From Chloroflexota bacterium (lineage in GTDB: Bacteria > Chloroflexota > Dehalococcoidia > GIF9 > UBA5629): a stretch of DNA of 62,967 bases. The DNA lies in the NCBI GenBank assembly GCA_037443085.1, contig JBBIPA010000003.1:26534-89500 (forward strand), written 5' to 3'. How positions within the stretch are numbered: the stretch's first letter is position 1; the number at the start of each line of letters is the position of its first letter. The notes beneath the pieces are model-generated. The model was not told where the DNA came from and ran no database searches. It worked only from the letters and a program-made list of their open reading frames with translations. The position numbers were made by a program, and so were the translations under genes. Below are positions 37,088 to 45,146 of this stretch, in pieces.

Positions 37088-37975
37088 ATGACAATGCGCT
37101 TTAAAGAAGCTCTTAACTCCAGCAAATTCGTCATCACCAGCGAGATCGGCCCACCCAAGGGCACTAACCTGGAGAAGATGTTCCACCACATCGAGCTGCT
37201 CAAGGATAAAGTGGATGGACTAAATGTGACCGACCACCAGAGCTCAGTGATGCGCTTCCCCTCCATAGGCGGCTGCCTGGCTATTAGAGAACGCGGCGGT
37301 GAGCCTATACTGCAAATGACCTGCCGCGACCGCAACCGGCTGGCGCTCCAGGCCGAGCTACTTCTCGCCTATACCCGCGGTATTACCAATGTTCTCTGCC
37401 TCACTGGCGATGCCGTGCCGGTGGGCGACCATAAAGAAGCTAAAGGCGTCTTCGACCTGGATTCACTGCAATTGCTGGAAACCGTCCGCCTCCTGGAATC
37501 GGGCAAAGACCTCGGCAGCAACGACCTCGATGGCGCCGTGAAATTCTGTGCCGGGGCTACCGTTACCCCCGAAGCCAACCCCATCGAACCACAGCTGATT
37601 AAATTCGAGAAGAAAGTGAAGGCTGGAGCCGACTTCTTCCAGACTCAGGCAATTTACGACCTGGACAACTTCGCCAGGTTCATGAAACATGCCCGACAGT
37701 TTCCTGTCAAAATACTCGCCGGCATTGTGCTGCTGGTATCGGCGCGGATGGCAAAATACATGACCGAAAACGTGCCCGGCATTTTTGTGCCCCAGAAGCT
37801 GATTGACGAGCTTGCCGCTGCCCCCAAGGGCGAAGCGCTTAACAAGGGCATCGAAATCGCCGGCCGCATGATTGCCACCCTGAAAAAAGAGGGCTTATGC
37901 GATGGTGTCCACATCATGGCTATCGGCAAAGAAGAGGTCGTCCCCGACATCCTCAAAGCCGCCGGCATTTCCTAA
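37088..37975 (+). CDS. metF: 5,10-methylenetetrahydrofolate reductase MetF
   Basis: FVITSEIGPPKG, LNVTDHQSS, MTCRDRNR, LCLTGD, FFQTQAIYD are the MTHFR TIM-barrel pattern. ATG at 37088 follows AGGAG. Confidence 0.9.
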   Translation: MTMRFKEALNSSKFVITSEIGPPKGTNLEKMFHHIELLKDKVDGLNVTDHQSSVMRFPSIGGCLAIRERGGEPILQMTCRDRNRLALQAELLLAYTRGITNVLCLTGDAVPVGDHKEAKGVFDLDSLQLLETVRLLESGKDLGSNDLDGAVKFCAGATVTPEANPIEPQLIKFEKKVKAGADFFQTQAIYDLDNFARFMKHARQFPVKILAGIVLLVSARMAKYMTENVPGIFVPQKLIDELAAAPKGEALNKGIEIAGRMIATLKKEGLCDGVHIMAIGKEEVVPDILKAAGIS

Positions 37976-38001
37976 CGTTCGTTGCCTTTGCTCATTATTA
38001 A

Positions 38002-38050
38002 TCCTCTATATCCTTGTTAAGAAGAGACTGGGCAGGGAGTGAGAGGTTTA
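38002..38050. repeat. Degenerate copy of the 36341-36393 element, downstream of metF
   Basis: TCCTCTATATCCTTGTTAAGAAGAGACTGGGCAGGGAGTGAGAGGTTT aligns in the same orientation with the copy upstream of metV. Confidence 0.6.
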
Positions 38051-38115
38051 TTTACCCTCGAGCCTGAACTTCTGTTATGATGTAATGCATAATGCCAGCA
38101 CGGAGGTAGCCAGCC

Positions 38116-38508
38116 ATGAAAACCAAAACCATCAAGCAGTCTGTGAAATTCCAGGCCATGCCTCACCAGATCTACGAGGCTTTAATGGACTCTCGCCAGC
38201 ATTCCAAATTCAGCGGCGGCAAAGCGGTCATCGGCAAGAAAAAAGGCGCCAAATTTACTGCCTACGATGGTTACATCGAGGGCGTTATCTTAGACCTTGT
38301 CCCCGACCAGAAAATAGTCCAGTCATGGCGTGGCAGTGACTGGCCCAATGGCCACTATTCGGAGGCTACCTTCCTGTTGAAAGAAGCTGGCAACGGCACC
38401 ATCCTGGAGTTTACCCAGACCGGCGTTCCCGAGCAGTTCTACGAGGACATCAGCCAGGGCTGGTATGACTTTTACTGGACGCCCATGAAAGAAATGCTGG
38501 AGAAATAA
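38116..38508 (+). CDS. SRPBCC / AHSA1 (Aha1-like) family protein
   Basis: 130 aa. The pattern ...IYEALMDSRQHSKFSG..A......G.KF.AYDGYI.G..L.L.P...IVQSWR...W matches the family. Confidence 0.7.
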   Translation: MKTKTIKQSVKFQAMPHQIYEALMDSRQHSKFSGGKAVIGKKKGAKFTAYDGYIEGVILDLVPDQKIVQSWRGSDWPNGHYSEATFLLKEAGNGTILEFTQTGVPEQFYEDISQGWYDFYWTPMKEMLEK

Positions 38509-38549
38509 ACCCAAAGAACCCGGGAATTGGTCTGCTAAAAAGTAGCCGG

Positions 38550-39572
38550 CTACTTTGCCGCCACCTTGCTCCACTCGTCGATAAACCTCAGCGCGTCCTT
38601 GATTCTCGGAGATAGAGAGGGGTCTTGGGACAGCTCAGCAGTTTTGCTATAATCGGCAATTGCCTGTGTCAGCGACTCTTTCAGAGTACCTGAACCTGGC
38701 AATGGCATAGCCTGCCCCGAAACTATCTCAATGACCTTCTGATAATCGGTAATAACCCGGTCCCATTGCGCTTGTTTACCCAAAGCCCAATCCTTATTCC
38801 AGTCTCCACGGTTCAGCTTCGGGTCCAGCGCATATACTTTGTCCAGGTCGGCAATGGCGCGTGCCCACTGTGCCTTCTTGAAATAGGCAAAACCACGGTT
38901 CATATAGGCTTCAGCCACAACAGGAACTGGCTCTGCGGCATGAACCAAGTCAGGAGCAGCAAAGAACTCCCACTGCATCTGGCGAACATAGACCCAGCCG
39001 ATACCATCATAAGCTTTGGTTATGCCTGAGTCACTCTCCCACAACTGGTACAGAAGAAGCTGCGAGGGCTGGTCCCACTGAGCCTTAATGGCATAGCACC
39101 AGCCACGAAAACTGTACGCCCTCGCCAGCCCCTTGTCGAACTCAATCGCCCTGCTGAAATTAGCTATCGCCCGGTCATACGCGCCAGTGACAGCATCAGA
39201 CAATCCCAAATAATAATAGGCAATGGCAGATTTAGCGTCCAGCTCTATGGCTTTTAACAAGTCATCATCCGTTTTCGCCGTAGCACCCAGGGTAAAATAG
39301 TAAGCCCTGCCCCGGGAGACATATGCCTCCGCCAGCCTGGGGTCAAGCCCGATTGCCGTTGTGTATTCCTCAACAGCCTTACCGTAAGCTCCCTGATTGA
39401 AATGCACATTTCCCTGCTCCACATGCCTTTTCGCCCTATGCGAAGCCATTTCCGGCGATACCGCAGACCGACCGGGCGCAGGTTGACCTGTCGTCGCCTG
39501 CCCGGTGCACTGCGACGGTGGCACCAAGATAATACAGGCAAGCAACAAAATGCTTAACTTATGCTTCAACAT
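38550..39572 (-). CDS. Secreted tetratricopeptide (TPR) repeat protein
   Basis: Signal peptide begins at the internal Met (MLKHKLSILLLACIILV). Repeated A..Y..AI.LDP.. TPR units follow. Confidence 0.8.
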   Translation of the reverse strand: MLKHKLSILLLACIILVPPSQCTGQATTGQPAPGRSAVSPEMASHRAKRHVEQGNVHFNQGAYGKAVEEYTTAIGLDPRLAEAYVSRGRAYYFTLGATAKTDDDLLKAIELDAKSAIAYYYLGLSDAVTGAYDRAIANFSRAIEFDKGLARAYSFRGWCYAIKAQWDQPSQLLLYQLWESDSGITKAYDGIGWVYVRQMQWEFFAAPDLVHAAEPVPVVAEAYMNRGFAYFKKAQWARAIADLDKVYALDPKLNRGDWNKDWALGKQAQWDRVITDYQKVIEIVSGQAMPLPGSGTLKESLTQAIADYSKTAELSQDPSLSPRIKDALRFIDEWSKVAAK

Positions 39573-39652
39573 GCAGTCCCCTCTGTTCACAAAACTTCTG
39601 CATATTATACACACAGACAGAACGGATAAAAAGCGAAATCCTTCTATAAATC

Positions 39653-39680
39653 GTAGGGGCGATTCATGAATCGCCCCTAC
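39653..39680. repeat. Perfect 28-nt palindrome GTAGGGGCGATTCATGAATCGCCCCTAC
   Basis: Seen directly. It lies 28 nt downstream of the stop of gene 39708-40565 and is likely a terminator or REP element. Confidence 0.7.
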
Positions 39681-39707
39681 AGCATACTGCCATTGCTCAC
39701 CATCACA

Positions 39708-40565
39708 CTACCTCAAAAACCGTACTTTCCCGGCATCTATCACCTCAAAAGAACCCGTCACTCCGTTGACATCAACCTGGTAACTGCCTGGCGCCTCTGC
39801 TGAAGTAATAAAGGTAATTTCCTGGCTCTCCCAGGGCATCAGGTTCACCTCCTGGGAATCCTTAACACCGCCGTTAATCTTCAGCTCCACCTTGTCCCGC
39901 ACATTGCCCATAACAATATTGGCTACGGTGACGATAATGCCCACACTGCCGCCTTCCACAATACGGGCAGGCATAATCTGCAAGCCGCTGACTTTGGTCA
40001 CTGGCGGCGGAGGTGGCGGTGGTTGAGGCGGAGGTGGCGGCGGTATCGGCTCAGGAGGCGGCGCTTCATCAGCAACAGGTGCTGCTGTCATATCAGGTAT
40101 GGGTTGCCCTGCAGACTGCTTTTTAGACGTTCCAAAGCCCAAACCCAGTATCTTCATTCCTTCTTCAGCAGCGCCTCCCAGCTCTGTAGAACCAGTAGCA
40201 TTGAGGTATGTTTGCAGTTCCGAGATTCGTTTCTCCAGCTCCATCAACTGCCTCTTCGGACCTTTCTCCTTGGCTAGATAAGTATCAGACGATAGTTGCC
40301 CTACTTTAAACCTGGCTTCCAGATAACCCAGTTCCTGCTTAAGCACTTCCAGCTTACTCTGCTTGCCATCAAGCTCTTTCTTAACAGCATTCTTGGCGCT
40401 GTTTATCTCAGAGATGGCGTCGTCCCGCATCTGGTTATACTCTATCTTCAGCACGCGGTACTGGGCATCTCCTACGTTCTTCTCCTCTTTCAGCTTCTCC
40501 AGGTTCGCCAGGTATGTCTCAGCCTTTTCCTTCCGGAAAAACGCCGCCCTTAACTTATCCTGCAT
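39708..40565 (-). CDS. Coiled-coil / polyproline / CARDB-like Ig-domain protein
   Basis: 285 aa with an N-terminal heptad-rich region, PPPEPIPPPPPPQPPPPPPP linker and a C-terminal beta-rich domain (GGSVGIIVTVANI...YQVDVNG). Confidence 0.7.
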   Translation of the reverse strand: MQDKLRAAFFRKEKAETYLANLEKLKEEKNVGDAQYRVLKIEYNQMRDDAISEINSAKNAVKKELDGKQSKLEVLKQELGYLEARFKVGQLSSDTYLAKEKGPKRQLMELEKRISELQTYLNATGSTELGGAAEEGMKILGLGFGTSKKQSAGQPIPDMTAAPVADEAPPPEPIPPPPPPQPPPPPPPVTKVSGLQIMPARIVEGGSVGIIVTVANIVMGNVRDKVELKINGGVKDSQEVNLMPWESQEITFITSAEAPGSYQVDVNGVTGSFEVIDAGKVRFLR

Positions 40566-40609
40566 CCTTGTAACTCCTGCATAGCTTATGTCAGCTATTC
40601 TGCCTACAG

Positions 40610-40626
40610 ATTATACATCGAGTCAA
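40610..40626 (-). promoter_or_regulatory. Shared 17-mer TTGACTCGATGTATAAT, copy 2
   Basis: Identical to 6067-6083. It lies 44 nt upstream of the ATG at 40565. Confidence 0.35.
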
Positions 40627-40719
40627 GGGCAAATTGCATATCTCCTCCGCAGAATCAAAATGATCCAACCAAGGCCACTATCTAATCGAAGCCCCAAATC
40701 AGAGAGAGCGCACGAGAAT

Positions 40720-40926
40720 TCACCCGAATATCTTGCCGCATTTGGCACATTCTTTCCTGTCGGAATATCCTGCCCAGCGCACATCGCTGCTGCCGCATTT
40801 ATGGCATGTCTGCCCGCGGATTTTAGTGCGTTCGCTTCGCGACGGCCTTCGGGAAAACCAGACTATCACACCGATGACCACTATTACCAGAAGTATTATC
40901 AGCCAGGACAGGTAAGATATATCCAT
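40720..40926 (-). CDS. Small membrane-anchored zinc-ribbon protein
   Basis: 68 aa with an N-terminal TM helix (LSWLIILLVIVVIGVIVWF) and CHKCGS...CAKCG. Confidence 0.6.
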   Translation of the reverse strand: MDISYLSWLIILLVIVVIGVIVWFSRRPSRSERTKIRGQTCHKCGSSDVRWAGYSDRKECAKCGKIFG

Positions 40927-40974
40927 TCAAAACTCCGTCACAGAATTATTGTATTAATGGGAGAGTAAGACAAC

Positions 40975-41060
40975 TGGTGCCGAGGGAGGGACTCGAACCC
41001 ACACTTCCTCGCGGAAAGCGGATTTTAAGTCCGCCGCGTCTACCATTCCGCCACCTCGGC
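40975..41060 (-). tRNA. tRNA-Leu (anticodon TAA), CCA encoded
   Basis: Manual cloverleaf with acceptor GCCGAGG/CCTCGGC, anticodon arm GCGGA-CTTAAAA-TCCGC, long variable arm and GGTTCGAGTCC T-loop. Confidence 0.92.
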
Positions 41061-41086
41061 ATATCAATCATACTGGAATGGAAAAC

Positions 41087-41162
41087 TGGAGGCGGCGAGC
41101 GGATTTGAACCGCTGCATAGGGGTTTTGCAGACCCCCGCCTTAACCACTTGGCTACGCCGCC
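41087..41162 (-). tRNA. tRNA-Cys (anticodon GCA), CCA encoded
   Basis: Acceptor GGCGGCG/CGCCGCC, anticodon arm GGGGT-CTGCAAA-ACCCC, GGTTCAAATCC T-loop. Confidence 0.92.
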
Positions 41163-41173
41163 GTGGTACTCAA

Positions 41174-41248
41174 TGGAGCGGAAGACGAGATTCGAACTCG
41201 CGACCTCCTCCTTGGCAAGGAGGCATTCTACCGCTGAACTACTTCCGC
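41174..41248 (-). tRNA. tRNA-Gly (anticodon GCC), CCA encoded
   Basis: Acceptor GCGGAAG/CTTCCGC, anticodon arm CCTCC-TTGCCAA-GGAGG, AGTTCGAATCT T-loop. Confidence 0.92.
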
Positions 41249-41300
41249 TCAGCTCTACGAAACCCCCACCCCCCTGCACCATCAGCCTTCAACAAGCTTA

Positions 41301-41388
41301 TGGTGCCGAGGAGGAGATTTGAACTCCTACGAGCTTACGCTCACCACCCCCTCAAGATGGCGTGTCTACCAGATTCCACCACCTCGGC
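41301..41388 (-). tRNA. tRNA-Leu (anticodon GAG), CCA encoded
   Basis: Acceptor GCCGAGG/CCTCGGC, anticodon arm CCATC-TTGAGGG-GGTGG, long variable arm. Confidence 0.9.
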
Positions 41389-41390
41389 AC

Positions 41391-41466
41391 TGGCAGGGGT
41401 GGCAGGATTTGAACCCGCGACCTACGGTTTTGGAGACCGTTGCTCTCCCAACTGAGCTACACCCCT
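41391..41466 (-). tRNA. tRNA-Trp (anticodon CCA), CCA encoded
   Basis: Acceptor AGGGGTG/CACCCCT, anticodon loop CTCCAAA, GGTTCAAATCC T-loop. Confidence 0.92.
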
Positions 41467-41497
41467 AACAATATGACTGTATCTGTTAATTTTCAAG

Positions 41498-41571
41498 TAC
41501 CCCTGGGGCGATTCGAACGCCCGACACGCGGTTTAGGAAACCGCTGCTCTATCCATCTGAGCTACAGGGGC
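41498..41571 (-). tRNA. tRNA-Arg (anticodon CCT), 3' CCA not encoded
   Basis: Acceptor GCCCCTG/CAGGGGT (one G-U pair), anticodon arm GCGGT-TTCCTAA-ACCGC, GCGTTCGAATCGC T-arm. Confidence 0.9.
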
Positions 41572-41781
41572 ACGCACGATGCAGGACTTCAATTTTGCCG
41601 CTGTCCCTGCCGCTTTGACGACCCCACGGGGCAACACCTCATCAAGTAGTGCCATGGCGTCCTCCTGCATGCCAGATATTATATGCGAATAAGTGTCCAT
41701 AGTAAAGGCCAAGTCTCTTCCAGGCTCTTACTTCTTCATGCTCATTTTTCGATTAGAAAAGACTAGTTATACTGCCATTTA

Positions 41782-41810
41782 TTGAAAATAGCTCATGATA
41801 CTGCTATAGT
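41782..41810 (+). promoter_or_regulatory. Near-consensus sigma70-type promoter TTGAAA-17-TATAGT
   Basis: -35 at 41782-41787 and -10 at 41805-41810, 24 nt upstream of the ATG at 41834. Confidence 0.55.
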
Positions 41811-41833
41811 ACTGGCACGGTTTCCAAGAAAAT

Positions 41834-42124
41834 ATGAGTGAATTAGAACAGGTTTCTAATCAGGAAAGACAAGAGGCGGAAAAGGGAACGAGGGAATCAC
41901 GGATAAACGACCTTATCAGTGATACCAGAAAATCTTTTAGCCTTGATGCCATTTACGCCCCTTATGCCAATAAAGAGCTAACGCAGCGCTATTTCACCAG
42001 CGAATTCGGCTTTAACAGTCCGCAAAGCCTGGTGGTCAGACGCTATCTCTGGCTATGCATTAAACTGATAGCATTGTATGTGGCAAAATCGTTTAACTGG
42101 CTCTTCCGCCGGAAACAGTCCTAA
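41834..42124 (+). CDS. Hypothetical small protein with a C-terminal hydrophobic helix
   Basis: 96 aa with a charged N-terminus and RRYLWLCIKLIALYVAKSF helix. Supported mainly by the strong upstream promoter. Confidence 0.5.
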   Translation: MSELEQVSNQERQEAEKGTRESRINDLISDTRKSFSLDAIYAPYANKELTQRYFTSEFGFNSPQSLVVRRYLWLCIKLIALYVAKSFNWLFRRKQS

Positions 42125-42143
42125 AAGTCCAGCTTACAACGTT

Positions 42144-43397
42144 CTACGTTCTGGATCGTGACCTTATTGGAGACAGGATAATAGTCAGAACCAGACCAAT
42201 AGCACCTATCACCGCAGTGAGAATAAATGCAGCCTGATAGCTTACGGTAATATCAAAGATATAAGCGGCTATAAACGGCCCCACCGCACCCCCTATGGTA
42301 AAAGCCAAGGAAAGAACCCCCAGAATCAAGCCGATAGATTTTAATCCAAACACCGTTGCTACCAGCGGTGACTCGGAGGCAACACAATCGCCATAGCCAA
42401 TTCCAAAAACAGCCGCAATTAAAAATAGCATCCATATCTCTCTGGCGAACACCAGGCCAAGCACAGGCCCCGCCATCAGAGCAAAGCCGAGGATGAAAGC
42501 CCTCTGGTTGCCAATTCTATCCCCCACACCACCGAGCACCACCCTGCCTATAATACTAGCTCCACCAATAGTAGCCAGAATATTGGCGGCAGTAGTCGGC
42601 GAAATATTAATATCGGTAGCGTAGGGAACCAGATGTACCTGAGCCGTGAGCACGCTAAATCCCAGGCAAAAGAACATGACAAAGATTATCCAGAACTGCT
42701 TCGTAACAATGGCTTCTTTGAAAGTAAAGAGCTTGACATCTGACACTGAGTCTTGTATGACAGCATTATTTGTGTCCGAAACTGTGTGTCCCGCCTCTGC
42801 TGAGTCACGCTTCAGGAACTGCGCAGATATAATAATAACTACCAGGGTAACGATGCCAAGCGTTATAAACGAAGCCCGCCAATCGTAAGTCAAAATTACC
42901 TGATTTGCCAGTGGCGGCACAAATAGTGAACCAATACCGATACCCACAGTAACGATACCTGTCATCATCGTTCTGCGTTCCACATATAATCTGGCAATCG
43001 TTGATGCTAATGAAGTAAATGTGGAAGTGCCGGCACCGATTAATATTCCGTAGAACAGATACAGTTGCCAGAACTCATTGATTTGTGACATTAACAAATA
43101 CCCGCTGCCAGCCAGCAAGCCATTGATACTCAGTACCAGACGGGGACCGTATTTATCAGTCAGGCCTCCCATGAAAATGCCAACAAACCCTGCTACCAGC
43201 CAGGAAAAGGAAAAAGCTCCTGACGTCATTGCCCTGGTCCAGCCGAACTCGTGGAGTATCGGCTTGAAAAATATGCCAAAAGAATAGTAAATACCCCAGG
43301 ACACCATCATGATGAGAAAAGCAGCAATAACCACGGCATAATCTTTAAAAAACCGGCGGATTGCTGCGTAAATGTTTCTCGACTTTTCATTTGCCAT
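42144..43397 (-). CDS. MFS transporter (oxalate/formate antiporter-like)
   Basis: Start set at the internal ATG (MANEKSRNIYAAIRRFF). About 12 TM helices and the GGLTDKYGPR loop motif. Confidence 0.85.
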   Translation of the reverse strand: MANEKSRNIYAAIRRFFKDYAVVIAAFLIMMVSWGIYYSFGIFFKPILHEFGWTRAMTSGAFSFSWLVAGFVGIFMGGLTDKYGPRLVLSINGLLAGSGYLLMSQINEFWQLYLFYGILIGAGTSTFTSLASTIARLYVERRTMMTGIVTVGIGIGSLFVPPLANQVILTYDWRASFITLGIVTLVVIIISAQFLKRDSAEAGHTVSDTNNAVIQDSVSDVKLFTFKEAIVTKQFWIIFVMFFCLGFSVLTAQVHLVPYATDINISPTTAANILATIGGASIIGRVVLGGVGDRIGNQRAFILGFALMAGPVLGLVFAREIWMLFLIAAVFGIGYGDCVASESPLVATVFGLKSIGLILGVLSLAFTIGGAVGPFIAAYIFDITVSYQAAFILTAVIGAIGLVLTIILSPIRSRSRT

Positions 43398-43665
43398 AAA
43401 AACTGCCCTTGCGTTCACATTCTCAAAAAACCATTGAGAAATACAACTTACAAAGTAGTCCCTATTATAGTATGGTAAAAAACAAAATAATAGGTGCGAC
43501 GCTCCCAAGAAAAAGTAATCAGCCGCCACCGCCCACAAGATTCCTAACAGGTTCGAACCGCAGCTAGTCTATTGGAGTTTTTTTGACTGGAGGTCAAATA
43601 CTGTACTATGATTACATAGTCATATAGCAATAGGGAAAACTATTCAAATAGATAACGAGGTCAGA

Positions 43666-44259
43666 ATGAGAACATTCGCAATTTGGTCACTAAGAATAAT
43701 GTCTATTTTAATCATAACAATATCGCTGGTGGCATGTCAGCCGGCAACCACCTCTCCTAAACCACCACCGTCTTCAATAACAACAGTGGGCAACACAAAA
43801 GTGTATTCCAACTCTAAATACGGTTTCTCCTTCAGCATCTGCAATAATCCTGACTTTGAGTTCTCTGAAAATTATGGTAAAGCCATTGCTGCGCAAATAG
43901 GCCCCCTGCTGGCAGACTTTAAACACCGTATTGGCATTTACGTGATGGCTTATAAAGTGTCGAAGAATACCAGTATTGATGACTATCTAAAAGCCGGGAT
44001 AAAAGAGGCAGAGAAAACATTAACAGACTTTGCCACTATCAGCGAAAAGAACACCACGGTTGCGGATGTGCCAGCTAAATTATCGCTTTATACGTACACC
44101 ATTAACATGAACGACGAGAATTATAGGTTTAAAAACACCCTAGTCGCTTTTATCAAAAACGATACCGTCTACGCCCTAAGATATGATACTCCGGAAGAGT
44201 TTTATGACCAGTACGTAGAATGCTTTAATTTGTTATTGTCTACATTCAAATTAAGATAA
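43666..44259 (+). CDS. Hypothetical lipoprotein
   Basis: 197 aa with a signal peptide and lipobox (ISLVAC). A TTGACT-18-TATGAT promoter lies at 43583-43612. AT-rich. Confidence 0.65.
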   Translation: MRTFAIWSLRIMSILIITISLVACQPATTSPKPPPSSITTVGNTKVYSNSKYGFSFSICNNPDFEFSENYGKAIAAQIGPLLADFKHRIGIYVMAYKVSKNTSIDDYLKAGIKEAEKTLTDFATISEKNTTVADVPAKLSLYTYTINMNDENYRFKNTLVAFIKNDTVYALRYDTPEEFYDQYVECFNLLLSTFKLR

Positions 44260-44320
44260 TTTTAGACTCTAACTAAAAGATATTCAATTGCGAGGCCAAA
44301 CGAAATAGCGGCTGCCTGCT

Positions 44321-44974
44321 TTATCCCCTGGAAGCGTGATCTCCTGAGAGCCCCTCTAAATAAGAGTTCACCTCAGCCAATCGGGACCTGGCTACCTCTA
44401 ATGCTTGCTGCTGCTTCTGAACAATATTTTCAGCTTCAGCTATCTTGCCTTGCATCTGACTGAGTCCCACCATGACTGCCCTGATTCTGGCAATTTGCTG
44501 CTCCAAATCAGTAACAATATTAAACACCGATTCAGATTGGGAAGAAGTCACCGGAGACATATCTCTTCTTGGCGACATCGTTTCTCTACTCCCCTCAGGT
44601 TGATTGACCACACCTTTAATATAGGTGACTAACTCCTGAGGATTAGCGGCTCTCTGGAAATATGCATCGAAACCGTCGCTGCCAGTAGGCACTTCGTTAA
44701 CCGAGCTTTTCCCCAAAAGAATTATGAAGGCGCTGGAATACTTCCGCACTTTGGAGAACTCAAGACGGTCATCAGCACCATATATCTCCTCATCAATAAT
44801 AATAATATCGAACTTCGCTTTCGTAGCAGTGAGCATACCATCAAAGAAATCCGAGGCATCGGCAACATGAAAGCCGCTTTTAACCAGCTCTTTCACATAC
44901 CTCTGCCTCAAACCCGAGTCTTTTGACAGAACAAGAACTTTATTCACGGCTTCCTCCATCCTTGTAATTAACAT
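44321..44974 (-). CDS. Receiver-like (REC) domain protein with a C-terminal coiled coil; start uncertain (44959, 44974 or 45106)
   Basis: KVLVLSKDSGLRQRYVKELVKSGFHV...FDIIIIDEEI is a CheY-like fold. The C-terminal QQIARIRAVMVGLSQMQGKIAEAENIVQKQQQALE is coiled coil. Confidence 0.6.
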   Translation of the reverse strand: MLITRMEEAVNKVLVLSKDSGLRQRYVKELVKSGFHVADASDFFDGMLTATKAKFDIIIIDEEIYGADDRLEFSKVRKYSSAFIILLGKSSVNEVPTGSDGFDAYFQRAANPQELVTYIKGVVNQPEGSRETMSPRRDMSPVTSSQSESVFNIVTDLEQQIARIRAVMVGLSQMQGKIAEAENIVQKQQQALEVARSRLAEVNSYLEGLSGDHASRG

Positions 44975-45146
44975 TATCGGAGAAATTATAGCAGTCGAGA
45001 ATAAAAAAATCAGTAAATATTTGGTTAAAAAAGGGTAAACACTGCCACAATCCAAAGAACCTGTAAACACTTGTTGGTTGAGAAAAATCAAAACTGGCGA
45101 AGTCACTTTCTACGGTATCATAGACTGTGGCACGGAGTCTTAAAAC

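Noticed and set aside
40000-40070. GC-rich GGCGG/GGTGG reiteration that looks like a tandem DNA repeat.
   Set aside because: It is the coding sequence (minus strand) of the polyproline linker PPPEPIPPPPPPQPPPPPPP of gene 39708-40565. This is low-complexity coding sequence, not a non-coding repeat.
40588-40968. 126-aa plus-strand ORF opposite the small zinc-ribbon gene.
   Set aside because: Its composition is not protein-like and it overlaps the promoter 17-mer and the tRNA-Leu flank. The 68-aa minus-strand ORF, with a TM helix and two CxxC pairs, is the more credible gene.
41064-41649. ORFs of 69-125 aa overlapping the tRNA cluster.
   Set aside because: The region folds into six canonical tRNAs on the minus strand, so the ORFs are artefacts of tRNA sequence.
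40975-41833. The six-tRNA cluster as the edge of a genomic island or integration hotspot.
   Set aside because: There is no integrase, recombinase or phage gene on either side, and I saw no direct repeat of a tRNA 3' end nearby. The flanking genes look chromosomal.
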